A stretch of 64,000 nucleotides of DNA from Candidatus Zhuqueibacterota bacterium (GTDB lineage: Bacteria; Zhuqueibacterota; QNDG01; JABMRT01). Of this stretch, positions 1 through 12,112 are shown one piece after another (the stretch's first letter is position 1; each line of letters starts with the position of its first letter). Under the pieces are notes generated by a model, which saw only the letters and a list, made by a program, of their open reading frames with translations, searched no databases and was not told the origin of the DNA. The stretch covers positions 1,357 to 65,356 of the forward strand of contig JABMRT010000088.1 of NCBI GenBank assembly GCA_013202295.1, in the 5' to 3' direction. The translations under genes were made by a program, and so were the position numbers.

Positions 1-796
1 ATTTACCCATTTCCACATTCGGGTCGCTTATTTTATATTCAGAAGCTTCAGATGTATTGCCACGCCCTTCAAGCTCGGGATGAGTCAGATATGACGCGAT
101 CTCTACCCAATCTGAAAGCAAATTTCCTTCGCCATCCATGTCGCAGCGTTCGAGCGCGAAACCCAGATTATCAACCTCGCTTTGCGTGGTCCAGGCCAGA
201 ACCACGGCATCGGATTCCACAGCCGCAGTGAAACCGGTGAGCGCGACAGACAACGATACTTGTGATCCAGCTTGTATGAACCGCCCTGGAACATCTTCCC
301 AGGCCCAGTCATGAAGAATTATATCATTGGGATATGGAGGTGTATATACAGTCACACCAACCCATCCATAATGGACACCCAGGCTACTATTAAATTCAAC
401 ACCGATATATTTCTTTCCTATTCCTGCAAACAGGGGACTTAATGGTATGTAACTTTGCCAGAAATTCTCATCATCTCCGATAACTTCAAGCGAGTTAAAA
501 GGTTTCACACCCAGACTGGTATAAGCATTGCCAAGATTAAAGCTCCATGAACCTCGAACACGGGCATAATATGTACTAAGGTTGGTAATATACTCCCATC
601 CGGAACTAGCAGGTCCAAAATCGAAATAAACGAAATACCCGGGATATAAATGGAGATCGAAAATGCCAGAGTATTGCACTTCCGCATGCGTTTCACCACC
701 GGCCAGTATAACCCCTGCTGCAAGTGAATAACCGATCAGCTTTTTGTCTAAAATATTTAACTTTTGGTGAGTTGGATTCATATTATCTTTTTGCAT
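1..796 (-). CDS. Partial (runs off left edge) secreted protein with the Ig-like pre-CTD domain typical of T9SS-type cargo; not in ORF track
   Basis: Manual translation: AAGGAGG RBS, ATG at 796, open to window edge: MQKDNMN...LIGYSLAAGVILAGGETHAEV...KYIGVEF...HYGWVGV...LSVALTGFTAAVESDAVVLAWTTQSEVDNLGFALER, matching the 'LPVELxSFTA..V.L.WxTxSE.xN.GF.xER' domain. Confidence 0.8.
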   Translation of the reverse strand, partial: MQKDNMNPTHQKLNILDKKLIGYSLAAGVILAGGETHAEVQYSGIFDLHLYPGYFVYFDFGPASSGWEYITNLSTYYARVRGSWSFNLGNAYTSLGVKPFNSLEVIGDDENFWQSYIPLSPLFAGIGKKYIGVEFNSSLGVHYGWVGVTVYTPPYPNDIILHDWAWEDVPGRFIQAGSQVSLSVALTGFTAAVESDAVVLAWTTQSEVDNLGFALERCDMDGEGNLLSDWVEIASYLTHPELEGRGNTSEASEYKISDPNVEMGK

Positions 797-1127
797 CGGG
801 CAACCTCCTTATCAATATGAATAGCCATTCTGCAACGAACAATCTGACATTCGGAGCAGTTTTAAATTAAACGAATATTGAACCCTAAGGACGGATAGTG
901 CTGTTATTTTCTAAATTGTTTACAGTCTAATAAAACGAGCCGTTTTATGCAAGGATATTCTGGTGGTATTATGCATAAACATCCACCTGAATCCTCTATC
1001 ACAGGCACATTACCATAGGCACTTCCTACGGTCGCCTACAATTTAAACCTCTTTTTTATTTGTCCGTTTTAAAAATTCTATTATATTGATGAACGATAAC
1101 TGAATCCGAATTAACTTGGAAGCCCAA

Positions 1128-2612
1128 ATGTTTCAGGACACTTGGTACATTGCCATCCCCTTCATCGGCTACATCCTCTTCATGCTCGGCATAGGAGTGT
1201 ATCAGTACCGACGCACAAAGAATATCGACGATTACATTCTCGGCAGCCGCGGGCTCGGTCGCTGGGTGGCATCGCTGAGTGCGCAGGCCTCGGATATGAG
1301 CGGCTGGCTCCTGCTCGGGCTGCCAGGCTATGCCTACCTCGCCGGTCTTGAAGCCGGATGGATCGCCCTCGGACTCTTGATTGGAACCTATCTGAATTGG
1401 CGATTCGTGGCATACCGCCTTCGGCTTTTTACAGAAATCGCGGGAAACGCCATTACACTGCCTGACTATTTCGAGAATCGCTTCGCGGTTCGATCCAGGC
1501 GGCTGCGCGTGATTGCTGCGCTATTTATCCTGATTTTCTTCCTCATCTATACCGCCTCCGGATTCGTGGCAGGCGCCAAACTCTTCAGCACAGTCTTTGG
1601 TCTGCCCTACATTCTCGCGCTCGGTATAGGGATATTCGTAATCATCAGCTATACCTTTTTAGGTGGATTTTTAGCCGTGTGCTGGACCGATTTTTTTCAG
1701 GGCATCATCATGTTTCTGGCCATTCTCATTGTGCCGATACTTGCCTTGCGAGAGGGGGGCGGGATGGTCTGGTCTCAACTCCGGGACTTTAATCCACACA
1801 CTTTGAATCCGTTTACGAATGCGTCTGGTGATTCACTTGGATTTTTTGGCATCCTCTCCCTCATGGCCTGGGGATTGGGCTATTTCGGCCAGCCGCATAT
1901 CCTCGCGCGCTTTATGGCAATCAAACGCCCCGATCATATCCCGTATGCCCGCCGGATTGCCATGATCTGGGTCATGCTGAGTCTAACCGCAGCACTCTTC
2001 GTTGGTTTGACAGCACATGGTGTTTTGTTGGAGAACTTGGATGCCAGTACTTCTGAAACCGTATTCATGGTTCTGGTGGGGCAATTGGTCACACCGCTTC
2101 TGGCCGGATTTCTTTTAGCGGCCGTACTCGCCGCGATCATGAGTACAGCGGATTCCCAACTGTTGGTTGCATCTTCGGCAATAGCGGAGGATCTGTACGG
2201 GAAATTGTTTCGGAAACAGGCAAGTCAATCCGAACTGGTATGGATCAGCCGCTTCGCAGTAATCGGGATTGCGATCATCGCGGGTGGAATTGCTCTGAAT
2301 CCCGAATCGAGCGTGCTTTCGCTCGTGGCCTATGCCTGGGCCGGATTCGGTGCAACATTCGGCCCGCTCATTCTGTTCTCATTATTCTGGAAACGCATGA
2401 CAGAAAAGGGTGCCTTCTTCGGCATCATTGGCGGAGGGTTGACTGTACTCATCTGGAAACAACTATCCGGCGGCCTGTTTGATCTGTATGAAATCGTTCC
2501 CGGATTTCTCATCTCATGTATCCTCATTATCATTTGTAGTCTTGCGGACAAGCCTCCCGCGCAATCCGTGCACAGCCAATTCGATCGCATGCATGACGCA
2601 CTTCATCCTTAA
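1128..2612 (+). CDS. putP: Sodium/proline symporter (SSS family)
   Basis: ALSAQASDMSGWLLLGLPG, WGLGYFGQPHILARFMA, AAIMSTADSQLL, AYAWAGFGA motifs and many TM helices; start ATG 1128 (track uses TTG 1116). Confidence 0.95.
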   Translation: MFQDTWYIAIPFIGYILFMLGIGVYQYRRTKNIDDYILGSRGLGRWVASLSAQASDMSGWLLLGLPGYAYLAGLEAGWIALGLLIGTYLNWRFVAYRLRLFTEIAGNAITLPDYFENRFAVRSRRLRVIAALFILIFFLIYTASGFVAGAKLFSTVFGLPYILALGIGIFVIISYTFLGGFLAVCWTDFFQGIIMFLAILIVPILALREGGGMVWSQLRDFNPHTLNPFTNASGDSLGFFGILSLMAWGLGYFGQPHILARFMAIKRPDHIPYARRIAMIWVMLSLTAALFVGLTAHGVLLENLDASTSETVFMVLVGQLVTPLLAGFLLAAVLAAIMSTADSQLLVASSAIAEDLYGKLFRKQASQSELVWISRFAVIGIAIIAGGIALNPESSVLSLVAYAWAGFGATFGPLILFSLFWKRMTEKGAFFGIIGGGLTVLIWKQLSGGLFDLYEIVPGFLISCILIIICSLADKPPAQSVHSQFDRMHDALHP

Positions 2613-2620
2613 TTTGGAAG

Positions 2621-3550
2621 ATGCAGAATATGACTTTTATAAATAAAATTCGTTTCACCCTTCTGATTTGCGCAGGATTCTTTGGAGCTTCAGGATTAAT
2701 TCACGCCCAAAATTATGATATCCAGCAGGTGGGTACGATAACCAGCCCCGCGTTGGAGGAGATCAGCGGGATCGCTCCCTCCCTTCAATACGACAATCGG
2801 TTATGGGGTATCAATGACAGTGGAAACAGCCCTTCACTCTATTCAATCGGCGTGGATGGAATCCTGGATGAAACCTGGACCGTGGAAGGTGTGGTCAATG
2901 ATGATTGGGAGGAAATTGGCTGGGTGCATCGTAAGGGTGAATCCTTCCTCTTTATCGCGGATGTGGGCGACAATGCCAGCACCAGGTCATTTGTTCGAAT
3001 TCACCTGATTCGCTCCACGGATTTGATTTCGAATGGATCATTGAAAGTCACACCCGCGTATTCATTTGCATTCCAATATTCGGATGGCCCCAGAGATTGT
3101 GAGGCCGTGTCGTATGATCCTGTGGAAGACCGCTTTCTTTTCATCAGCAAACAATCCAAACCGCCTGTGCTGTACGAACTTCCACTCCATCCCATCAAGT
3201 CGCGGGTACTCCGTAAAGCGACCCGCGTTACAGACGTGACAGGATTTCCAAAGCCCGCTGAGGGAGACAACCTGATAAAATCAAAACTCATTGATAAAGC
3301 TTACCAATCCACTGCCATGGATTTTTCACCCATTCAGGATCGTGCAGCTCTACTCACTTATGGCCCGCTGCTGATATATAAAAAATCTCCCAGCATGGAT
3401 TGGCCCACTGCATTCCAGATGAAACCCACGGAGATTCCACTGCCTATCATGCGCCAGGTGGAAAGTGTCTGTTTTTCAAAGGATGGAAAATCCATTTATA
3501 TTACATCGGAAAAAGTACCTGCTCCAATTTTCCGGGTTGACCTGAAATAA
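2621..3550 (+). CDS. Secreted hypothetical beta-propeller-like protein (SdiA-regulated/phytase-like repeats)
   Basis: Signal peptide (..IHA/Q); EISGIA, WGINDSGN, DWEEI, IADVGDN, DCEAV, QVESVCF motifs. Confidence 0.65.
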   Translation: MQNMTFINKIRFTLLICAGFFGASGLIHAQNYDIQQVGTITSPALEEISGIAPSLQYDNRLWGINDSGNSPSLYSIGVDGILDETWTVEGVVNDDWEEIGWVHRKGESFLFIADVGDNASTRSFVRIHLIRSTDLISNGSLKVTPAYSFAFQYSDGPRDCEAVSYDPVEDRFLFISKQSKPPVLYELPLHPIKSRVLRKATRVTDVTGFPKPAEGDNLIKSKLIDKAYQSTAMDFSPIQDRAALLTYGPLLIYKKSPSMDWPTAFQMKPTEIPLPIMRQVESVCFSKDGKSIYITSEKVPAPIFRVDLK

Positions 3551-3655
3551 GGTTCACTTTATTCATTTATTTATATTCTCTTAGATCATTCATTTGTATC
3601 ATAACATACTGATTATTAATTACCTAAGTAATTTAGTATTAGGCAGTATAATTAT

Positions 3656-3672
3656 ATGGTACTATTTTTGAT
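3656..3672 (+). promoter_or_regulatory. Possible sigma-54 (-24/-12) promoter of the HAD gene
   Basis: TGGTACTATTTTTGA = GG-N10-GA (GC->GA variant), ~45 bp before the start. Confidence 0.35.
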
Positions 3673-3716
3673 GTATACTAAAACCTGTTTGGGAATAATT
3701 GTAAAAGAGGTCTGAT

Positions 3717-4109
3717 TTGGAAGTTGCTACAATTGCTGTAAAGAAACCTATATTCAAACGATTGACAAAAACTGCTCTCGTATTTGCTGTAGATTTTGAC
3801 GGAACAATCGTCGAGCACGACTTCCCGGAAATCGGGTCTGAAAAACCGGACGCCCTTCGCACATTAAAGGCCCTGCAAAAGGATGGACACAAGATCATCA
3901 TCTATACCTGCAGGCGTCCGCCCTATATCGGACCTATTATTGAATGGATGATTGACAGAGGATTCAAACCAAACGCGATCAACAAAAATCTCTCTTACTT
4001 GCCCACGAACCACCCTTCAAAAATCCTGGCGCACGTCTATATCGATGATCGCAGCTTCCCGCCGTTTACAGACTGGTCCGATGTTCAGAAAACATATCTA
4101 AATAATTAA
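3717..4109 (+). CDS. Small capless HAD-superfamily phosphatase (BT0820-like)
   Basis: FAVDFDGTIV motif I, IIYTCR motif II, K..A.VYIDDR motif IV; AAGAGG RBS before TTG. Confidence 0.85.
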   Translation: MEVATIAVKKPIFKRLTKTALVFAVDFDGTIVEHDFPEIGSEKPDALRTLKALQKDGHKIIIYTCRRPPYIGPIIEWMIDRGFKPNAINKNLSYLPTNHPSKILAHVYIDDRSFPPFTDWSDVQKTYLNN

Positions 4110-4127
4110 TTCACCCTCTCTTCTTCT

Positions 4128-4165
4128 AAAAAAACACTCCGTTCAACAGAACGGAGTGTTTTTTT
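4128..4165. terminator. Bidirectional intrinsic terminator
   Basis: AAAAAAACACTCCGTTC-aaca-GAACGGAGTGTTTTTTT between convergent genes. Confidence 0.9.
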
Positions 4166-4188
4166 AATTATATCCACATTCATTTACT

Positions 4189-7100
4189 TTATCGCATCAA
4201 GGTAATCTTTTCAACCGCGTGAAAATCATCTGTCTGCAATCTGAGCATATAGATGCCGGATGAAACCTTGCTGCCCTGCTCATTCCTGCCATCCCATTTA
4301 TCCGTATAAGAACCAGCTTTTCTTCGCCCATCAACAAGCGTTCGAACACGCTCGCCCAGTGTATTATATATGAAAATGGACACATGATTATCTTTTGGAA
4401 TTTCATAATTGATTGTGATTGTAGGATTAAACGGATTCGGATAGGGTTGATACAGCCTGTATTCCTTTGGGATTTTAGATGTTGCTTGAACCGTACTGTT
4501 TATGTCGATGTTCAGCAAATAATCCTCAACCTCTCCGTCAATTGCAAATCCATGAAACCATAATCCCGGCTGTGTGCTGAGTCGAACCCGGAACATATAT
4601 TCTTTAGGTTCGAGCAATTCAATATCTGGGATATCCAGCACATGCACACCTGCCGGTAAAAAGTGATCATTGATTACATGATCTTCAGGTTCATAGAAGT
4701 GACCATTCATCCCGCGATCCATCCAGATGCTCAGGAAACCTTCACGTGAGGTTATAACCTCCAATTGGGGCTGTGAATCAACACCCAATGCATACAGGAT
4801 GGACAATCCGTCCTCATCATCACTGCCGTCCTCATCATCCCCTTCTGCGGTTGGATGAGGCTGACCATCAGGATCGGAATCCACAAATGCACCGAGGAAC
4901 ACATCTTTGCCAAGGAGATGATAGGGACCATTGCTCTCAATGGTCGTGCCATATGCAATATCAGGAGCATCCCCGAAATCATATTCAGGATATATCTCGA
5001 CCGTGCCGAGGATAAAGGCCATATCCCAGTTATGTTCCATGTTTTCACCAGCCAGATACTTATCGCCTGGTCTCGGTTCCGGCGGCAGCCAAATACGATG
5101 CGCATCATTCTTGAAATGATGTTCACGCGAGAGCCAACCCCATTGATGCTCGTGAGGAATCGTGTCGTAAACTGCTGCTACATGAAGCCAGTATGAGGTG
5201 GAATCCCCATCCTGGTAGAAAATAGTGTCATTCGGAATATGATAGGTATATTGATAACACGTCCAGGGGGGTTCCGGCCGTTCTGGGAAGAAATGCATCT
5301 TTTCCGGTGTTTCCTGCACCTGTCCCCGACTGACGATCCACTCATGTATAAGACGCTGAGGTCGGCTGATGTTCGGCCCCTCATCGGTTACAGATACGGT
5401 ATCGGACCAGATCCCGATATGGAACGCATCGGGCGCTTCCAAAGGAGTATGCAGGGAATCCCAGTCTGTGTACGTGCCCCACCAGCGCACCCAGGTTACA
5501 GGCCGTGGATCAAAGCAGAACCAGTCATCTGCCACATAGGATTCCAGCAAATTGGACGGTTCATGCCAGCCCCAATAAACAGTGGTATCTTCACTCATCG
5601 GATCATAGAGAGGCGGCTGGCTCCACTTCAGAGCGCCAATCCCCGGATCTTCTCCTTCCAGACGATTGCCGAAAAGTACTCCTGCACTTGGCTGTGTTGG
5701 ATCTGCCGTCACTGTATGGGTTCCTCCACCTCCGGGCCATGTCTGCATCCAGCCGGTCTGTATCTCTTCGCCAACCATATAGTTCCCAGTGGCCAATCCG
5801 TTAAATAGAAATTGTCCCGACGCATCCGTTTGCTCATAGGCATCGCCTGCGTCCTCAACACCATTCTGATTGGCATCCAGCCATATGGTCCAACCTTGAA
5901 TGGGTGGTTCATTCATATCCCACATGGAGTTGCCATTCATATCATTCCATTTAGCGCCGTATATTGTTCCACCCGGTGGATGTTCAGGGCCTTCAGGCTT
6001 GATCTCAACCTCATAATCACAGATTTCGCCGTAACAATCGGAACCTGATGGCGACATCTGAATGCCTTCACCATGCACAATACGAAAACGTGCAAATGTA
6101 TTCCCGACTTGAGCACCGGCCGGTACCTGAACGGTCCAGGTTGTCGCGTAGGTTCCAAGTGGTAGTTTACCATCACTCAATGCCAGGGCCTCGCCCGTGT
6201 CATCCCAATCCTGATCGCCATTCCAGTCGATCCACGCGCAAATGGAATATCCATCCGAGCCGATAATCGTAAAATAATGCCCGATCAACGCGGTTTGACC
6301 TGGGACCAGATCTGTCAATAGAATCAAGCCGTTCTCATCATCGTTGCCATCCTGATCATCACCCAAACCTGCGGGAGTGCGCTGCATGCCGGTTTCCACA
6401 TCCGGCCCGTCTCCGAGCTTTCCGAGATAACTCTGATCTTTAATGATATGATTCGCTTCCGGATAATTAAGCGGCGCGTCTCCATAATCCAGCTCATCTT
6501 CCGGGTATTCATGGATGGTGATTTTGTAATCCTCCACTTCGCCATCTTTTGCCAGATGTCTCTTTGGATTTTGCAGAGAGACATAAAGTTGGTTCGTAGA
6601 GAACCGGAACCGCATAAAGGTATCTCCCGTGTTCGCGGTTCCCGGAACCAAATAGGACAAGCCATTTACTCCCGCAACGACTGGTGTTTGCTGAATCACC
6701 CACTCACCCGTATCATCCCAATCCCCGTCTTGATTCAGATCGATATAAGCGTTCAAATATCCTGCTGTGGAGACTGTGACACTCACAGTCCCGACCAGTC
6801 CTGCCATGGGCTGGGAATTATACACAACACCATCCTCATCATCATTGCCGTTGTTGTCATCTCCCAAAGCGTTTGAGTCTGGCTGACCGTCTGATTCAGC
6901 GTCCACATCGGAACCCAAAGAAACACCCTGGACAATGGGATGCCTTCCCCCGTCATCGGGAATGGGACCCGTGATAAGTTTAACCGGATATTGAGACGGC
7001 GCGTCTCCGTAATCATAGGTGATATCTTCAGATCCGGTGTACACCCACTGATAATCCTCCACTTCACCAGGTCCGCCATACCCAGTTGCCCGAGGCGGAT

Positions 7101-10100
7101 TGGCATAGGTTGAATCTCCGTAAAGACGCCAGCGGACATTAATAATCCCCTGGGTAATTGGAAGATTGAATGTTATGAGACCCAACTGAACAGTCGCACT
7201 AAATGGGGAGTCATTGTAAATTGTAAAATTAAATGATTCATTATTCCAGCTGTTGTCCTGATTCATATCGATGGATAGGCCCATTGTTCTGCTTTGGTAC
7301 GCGCCGATTATCAGATCGGATGGACCAGTTAATATGCTGCCGGCATTGATTATTGGTGTACCCTCTTCATCATCATTTCCATCGTTATCATCTCCAAGTG
7401 CATTGGCATCCGGTTGACCGTCCGTCTCTGCATCCACAGAAGCACCGAATTTATAATTTGAATCGATTAAATGATAGGCACCATTATCCGCATGCAATGT
7501 AGGATACGGCGACGGCGCATCTCCGAAATCATATCCTTCGAATTCGGTACTGTCAATAATTATAACCTCATGATCCTCGATTTCTCCATAGGGGCTTCCG
7601 TTTGGCGGAACGGGACCCGAGTCGACTATCTGGAATCTCGCAAAGGTCATCCCAGGCTGTGCATTGGCAGGCACCTGAACCGACACACTATTCTTAATTC
7701 CCTGAGTCAGTGAGATTCCTGAAAATTGCTCTCCTGTGTCATTCCAATCTCCGTTTCCGTTAAAATCGATGTACATCCAGGCCACCGGCGGATCAGGCAT
7801 GACCGAGTGTGTGAGATCTATTTCAATCTGGCCTGTTTGCCCCGGAAACAGCGGACTCAGTATCTTGATGCCGTCTTCGTCATCCTGGCCGTTCTGATCA
7901 TCCCCCAAAGCATGGGCGTCGGGCTGGGCGGCTGATTCTGAATCGATCAATTGCCCCATCTTGAAAGATTGATTGACACTACAATAGCGAGGCTGGGGGT
8001 AAGCCAAATAGGAAGCAGGAGCATCACCGAAATCGTATTGATCATCAACACCTGTTTTAATATTTTTAAACGTGATGACAATATTTTCACCCGGATCAAA
8101 ATCCACTGATACATCACTTCCATTAATTACAGAACCATTGTCTGCATCTCCTATTATATTAATGGATTGAAGTGTCCAACCGTTTGGTGTGTTTTCTGAA
8201 ACAAGAAGAGTGTCTAAATCGCCAGGATTAAGGATGGTCCAGCTATTATTTGATGGATCCATCAAGGTAAAAGGCCCACTCACGGATATATACATATTAG
8301 GATAATGAATTCTATAATACCAATTAAATTGGAATGGTGTATCATCTTTTGGAGTTGCATCTTTAATAATAATGACCGATCCATCCCCCGGCTCATTTAT
8401 TTTTACCACATAATCTTCCACTTCGCCATCCGGAGCCTGCCCATTATAGCTCAGTTGCCGTACCGAACTGAAGCGGAAACGAGCATGCGTCAGTCCAAGG
8501 CTTGCCCCAGCCGGGACATTAAGCGTGAATGCATTAGTGCCCGGAACAACCGGTTGCGCAGCAATAAAATGTTCACCGGCATCAGCCCAGTCACCATCGA
8601 TATTGAAATCGAGCCAGGCATTAATTACACCCGAATCAGATGCGACAACCGTGATCGGTACAGCTTGCCCGGGAGCGATAAATGGGGACATCGTGACGCC
8701 GTCTTCATCATCAATTCCTCCCGAAGGATTTGTATCATCTCCATCTGACAGAGGTGTACTCCACCCATCAGATTCCGCATCAATGCTGGAGCCGAGATAG
8801 TAGTTGGGTTTTATGATGTGCCGAGCCCCATTATTAGCCAGCAGCGTCGGGTAGGCCGGGCTTTCCAGGCTATCCGGTGCATCACCGAAATCCATTTCCT
8901 GATCACATTGACTAACGAGTATGTAATCAGCGACAAATATCGAATCAACATAGCCATATTCACACGTTATTTTTAGAAAAACGCCATAAGAACCGGGACT
9001 TTGATATATAACTGTTGGATGTTGTTGTGTACTCGTTGTCGGACTACCTCCTGGAAACATCCAATACCAAGTCTGGGGATTAGCTGATAGATCCGCAAAA
9101 TTGACAGTGAGTGGAGCGCAACCATTCCCCGGACTTGCATCAAAAGCCGCCTGGCACTCTCCTACTGTTGTTATTGTCACAATCGTATTATCCGTATCTG
9201 TTTCTCCGAATGAATCCGTCACTCGAAGACCAATTGTTCCACTGTACACGCTATACCAGGTATTCTGAACCGTTACACCCGTAGCGTCATCGTATTGCCC
9301 ATCATTGTCGAGGTCCCATTCATAACTCACAATACTGTCACCTGAATCAGGATCATAACTCGCGGAACCATCCAATGTGATGGATTGCCCGACGGTCCCT
9401 GTATAAGGTCCATTGGCGTCAGCGACCGGCGGGTTGTTTGCCGGTGCGGAGGTTCCTGTCCCCTGTATCGCGAATGTGTAGGGATTTTCATTCGAATCAT
9501 TGTTCGGGATGGACACGGTTGCCTGCCGCAAACCGGTAGCCGAAGGATTGAATGTGATTCCCAGCGTGGATGAACCACCTGAACTGATCGAACTGGATGG
9601 TGTTGTAGTGACTGAGAAATCAGCGGAATGGGTGCCGGAGATTGTAATCGTTCCGATGGTGAGATTAGTAGTTCCTGTATTTTGAACGGTATAATTCTTA
9701 ACCACCGTTCCACTGGCAACATCAGCACTGCCAAAATCTGTGCCATCTGAAGTGGAAGGTGTGGTATCTCCATCCGGGATATCCGTACCTGATCCCTGAA
9801 TATTGATTTCAGGAGCAAGTAACTTGATCCAAAACTTGTTTCCGGTGAGGGTTTGATCTGAAAGAGGCTCGCTAACAACGGAATATCGTATCTGAGTTGG
9901 TGTCAGAACCGTTCCATCCACCGATGCAGCAGCTGCCGAAGTATATCCGGAGGGAACCGTCTCAACAATGGTATAATATTCATACCCTGAATAAGCCTGG
10001 AGTTGATACCACCCGGTTCCATTTGTTGTTGTCTGATCGATTTGCGATCCCAATGATCCTGCATTACCTGATCCATACAATGTGAGCGTCACGCCTGACT

Positions 10101-10236
10101 TGGGTGTTGTTTCATCCCACTTGTTTCCGATATAAACACGCCCGGATAGGTAATCCTGTGCTAAGGCAGAAATTGATAGGCCCAGAATCAATATAAATAT
10201 TGTAAAGAATGCGACAGATGAATTATTCAGCTTCAT
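4189..10236 (-). CDS. 2015-aa secreted multidomain surface protein: Ig/choice-of-anchor-D-like, 2 PKD, 6 GEVED repeats, SdrD-B-like, C-terminal T9SS/FlgD sorting domain
   Basis: Signal peptide; [13 protein letters not shown]; six D(F/Y)GDAP...GDD...DDE...GE(V/I)(E/C)D(Y/H) units; [10 protein letters not shown] SdrD-like; YPNPFNP...[17 protein letters not shown]-terminus. Confidence 0.88.
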   Translation of the reverse strand: MKLNNSSVAFFTIFILILGLSISALAQDYLSGRVYIGNKWDETTPKSGVTLTLYGSGNAGSLGSQIDQTTTNGTGWYQLQAYSGYEYYTIVETVPSGYTSAAAASVDGTVLTPTQIRYSVVSEPLSDQTLTGNKFWIKLLAPEINIQGSGTDIPDGDTTPSTSDGTDFGSADVASGTVVKNYTVQNTGTTNLTIGTITISGTHSADFSVTTTPSSSISSGGSSTLGITFNPSATGLRQATVSIPNNDSNENPYTFAIQGTGTSAPANNPPVADANGPYTGTVGQSITLDGSASYDPDSGDSIVSYEWDLDNDGQYDDATGVTVQNTWYSVYSGTIGLRVTDSFGETDTDNTIVTITTVGECQAAFDASPGNGCAPLTVNFADLSANPQTWYWMFPGGSPTTSTQQHPTVIYQSPGSYGVFLKITCEYGYVDSIFVADYILVSQCDQEMDFGDAPDSLESPAYPTLLANNGARHIIKPNYYLGSSIDAESDGWSTPLSDGDDTNPSGGIDDEDGVTMSPFIAPGQAVPITVVASDSGVINAWLDFNIDGDWADAGEHFIAAQPVVPGTNAFTLNVPAGASLGLTHARFRFSSVRQLSYNGQAPDGEVEDYVVKINEPGDGSVIIIKDATPKDDTPFQFNWYYRIHYPNMYISVSGPFTLMDPSNNSWTILNPGDLDTLLVSENTPNGWTLQSINIIGDADNGSVINGSDVSVDFDPGENIVITFKNIKTGVDDQYDFGDAPASYLAYPQPRYCSVNQSFKMGQLIDSESAAQPDAHALGDDQNGQDDEDGIKILSPLFPGQTGQIEIDLTHSVMPDPPVAWMYIDFNGNGDWNDTGEQFSGISLTQGIKNSVSVQVPANAQPGMTFARFQIVDSGPVPPNGSPYGEIEDHEVIIIDSTEFEGYDFGDAPSPYPTLHADNGAYHLIDSNYKFGASVDAETDGQPDANALGDDNDGNDDEEGTPIINAGSILTGPSDLIIGAYQSRTMGLSIDMNQDNSWNNESFNFTIYNDSPFSATVQLGLITFNLPITQGIINVRWRLYGDSTYANPPRATGYGGPGEVEDYQWVYTGSEDITYDYGDAPSQYPVKLITGPIPDDGGRHPIVQGVSLGSDVDAESDGQPDSNALGDDNNGNDDEDGVVYNSQPMAGLVGTVSVTVSTAGYLNAYIDLNQDGDWDDTGEWVIQQTPVVAGVNGLSYLVPGTANTGDTFMRFRFSTNQLYVSLQNPKRHLAKDGEVEDYKITIHEYPEDELDYGDAPLNYPEANHIIKDQSYLGKLGDGPDVETGMQRTPAGLGDDQDGNDDENGLILLTDLVPGQTALIGHYFTIIGSDGYSICAWIDWNGDQDWDDTGEALALSDGKLPLGTYATTWTVQVPAGAQVGNTFARFRIVHGEGIQMSPSGSDCYGEICDYEVEIKPEGPEHPPGGTIYGAKWNDMNGNSMWDMNEPPIQGWTIWLDANQNGVEDAGDAYEQTDASGQFLFNGLATGNYMVGEEIQTGWMQTWPGGGGTHTVTADPTQPSAGVLFGNRLEGEDPGIGALKWSQPPLYDPMSEDTTVYWGWHEPSNLLESYVADDWFCFDPRPVTWVRWWGTYTDWDSLHTPLEAPDAFHIGIWSDTVSVTDEGPNISRPQRLIHEWIVSRGQVQETPEKMHFFPERPEPPWTCYQYTYHIPNDTIFYQDGDSTSYWLHVAAVYDTIPHEHQWGWLSREHHFKNDAHRIWLPPEPRPGDKYLAGENMEHNWDMAFILGTVEIYPEYDFGDAPDIAYGTTIESNGPYHLLGKDVFLGAFVDSDPDGQPHPTAEGDDEDGSDDEDGLSILYALGVDSQPQLEVITSREGFLSIWMDRGMNGHFYEPEDHVINDHFLPAGVHVLDIPDIELLEPKEYMFRVRLSTQPGLWFHGFAIDGEVEDYLLNIDINSTVQATSKIPKEYRLYQPYPNPFNPTITINYEIPKDNHVSIFIYNTLGERVRTLVDGRRKAGSYTDKWDGRNEQGSKVSSGIYMLRLQTDDFHAVEKITLMR

Positions 10237-10334
10237 GTTGCCCCCTGCTCAAATTTTATCAAATAGAGTTCGAATTTCGTTCAAGTATTCGAATGACAGG
10301 ATTCTTCTACTGAGGTAGACAAACTTCTATTTTG

Positions 10335-10363
10335 ATTATACTATACTAAAATTAGAATTGCAA
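10335..10363 (-). promoter_or_regulatory. Sigma-70-type promoter for the GEVED gene
   Basis: Minus strand TTGCAA-N17-TATAAT ~100 bp upstream of ATG 10236. Confidence 0.6.
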
Positions 10364-10548
10364 GTAAGAAATTCAGTATATTTGTGCAGAAATATCAAAT
10401 TCATAATTGAGCAACACATTTTGATTAAATATACCAGATCATGTTTACTTTAATAGTTATAGTATCACAATGTTCAATGACTGGATGAATGTGCATAGAG
10501 TATATTTGAATAATTGGATACTATTATACTCTCGTTTATTTTATCTCA

Positions 10549-12063
10549 TTATCTCACTAACATCATTTTTCTGACTTCTGACTTTGTTTGGGAATTCATG
10601 CTGTAAAAATATATCCCTGTGGGAAGATTATCCGCTTGAAACGAGGCCTGATAGTGACCCTGTTGAAAAGTATCATCCACCAAAGTCTGGATCTCTCGGC
10701 CCAACACATCAAAAACCTTCAAAACAATGCGGCCCGTTTGATTCACCTGAAATGGAATGATTGTCTCAGGATTAAACGGATTGGGGTAATTCTGCATAAG
10801 TTCACACGTCTGTGGAAGTTGATTCGAATCCTCATCTACATGGGTCGCAGGATCACCGAGCTCATTTTCAAACGCGCCAATATCTGGCACCGATCCGGCA
10901 GGATTAGGTCTTGGATTATCTTCAAAATCCATGGAAGGAGCATAATACCATTTCAACCCCAATTGAATAGAATCTGCAGCGGCGCTTATACAGGGAGATG
11001 AATCCGAAAGATGATAATCATCATTGGCCTCATCAATAAATAATGGATCTGAATCCAAGCAATCCTGATACGTACCCGTAAAGGAGGCACCTGAAAATCC
11101 GCTCTCTCCACCTTCAATCAGACAATTGTAAAAATCCAGCCCGGATGCGGTTTCAAGTCTTACCTGTGCAGGACTGTTACCAACGATAATATTGTTGATA
11201 AACAACGGCGTTTTTCCATGATTTACAAATATCGCGCCTCCCTGACCACTGCACGTATTGTTTACGATGGTGTTGTTTATGAGTACAGCCCTCCCACCAG
11301 CGTCAGCAAAATGTAAAATACCATGCACAGTAGAGTGGTTGTGTTCAATTAAATTGTTTATAAGTATTGGGGATGCACCACCACCAATATTAAGTAAACC
11401 ATGGCCATTATTATCATGGAAATGATTGTTGCGGATAAGAGGATCTGTTGAGCTACCATTAATTACCATTGCTGCACCATATACACTTTCATTTTCTCTA
11501 AATTCACTATCTTCAATTATAGGACCTCCTCCACCAATGGCAATTGCTCCACCCGCACTTTCTAATATATTAGTAGAAAAAGTCATGTTATTCTGGAACA
11601 GGCAGTGTGAGATTCTAAGCATATTTATATTCGTACTGATGGCTCCTCCGGCTCTATTCTCTATTCCACTACTGGTATTTGCTTTTCCGTATTGGAATAT
11701 ACAATGTTCAAAAATCGTACTGTCGTTTGAACTGGAAATATTTCTCACTTTTATCCCATGCCAGCCCGCTTCATTATCCTGCGCTGTAAAAAAGATACTG
11801 TCCTGTTCAGTACCGATTGCAAGCAGCCTTCCCTGCACTTTGAATTTGTAATTCCCTGTAAAAACGATCTGTACACCCGGCTCGATGATCAATGTGGAGT
11901 CATTGGGGATGGTTATCTCACCATTAATGGAATAGGGTGAATTGACCAGACTCCATGTCCCGGATACCTCTCCTTCAGAAATATCTGTTTGAGCATATCC
12001 ATGGGTGCCAATAAAACCCATGAGTAATACCAGAAAATATCGCACTAATTTGGATTGATACAT
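10549..12063 (-). CDS. Secreted right-handed parallel beta-helix (pectin-lyase fold) protein with T9SS-type CTD
   Basis: Signal peptide; GGAI repeats, NNTIVNN, DPLF...DYHL...SPCI...PDIGAFE, YPNPFNP CTD. Confidence 0.85.
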   Translation of the reverse strand: MYQSKLVRYFLVLLMGFIGTHGYAQTDISEGEVSGTWSLVNSPYSINGEITIPNDSTLIIEPGVQIVFTGNYKFKVQGRLLAIGTEQDSIFFTAQDNEAGWHGIKVRNISSSNDSTIFEHCIFQYGKANTSSGIENRAGGAISTNINMLRISHCLFQNNMTFSTNILESAGGAIAIGGGGPIIEDSEFRENESVYGAAMVINGSSTDPLIRNNHFHDNNGHGLLNIGGGASPILINNLIEHNHSTVHGILHFADAGGRAVLINNTIVNNTCSGQGGAIFVNHGKTPLFINNIIVGNSPAQVRLETASGLDFYNCLIEGGESGFSGASFTGTYQDCLDSDPLFIDEANDDYHLSDSSPCISAAADSIQLGLKWYYAPSMDFEDNPRPNPAGSVPDIGAFENELGDPATHVDEDSNQLPQTCELMQNYPNPFNPETIIPFQVNQTGRIVLKVFDVLGREIQTLVDDTFQQGHYQASFQADNLPTGIYFYSMNSQTKSEVRKMMLVR

Positions 12064-12112
12064 GACTACCCTCCGTACTATTCGTTTATTAGATGGAATA
12101 GTTGGAGTATAC

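Noticed and set aside
800-1110. Possible riboswitch in the divergent intergenic region (ATAAAACG-agc-CGTTTTAT palindrome, AGGCAC direct repeat)
   Set aside because: I could not match c-di-GMP-I, TPP, cobalamin or SAM consensus elements; an Rfam scan would be needed.
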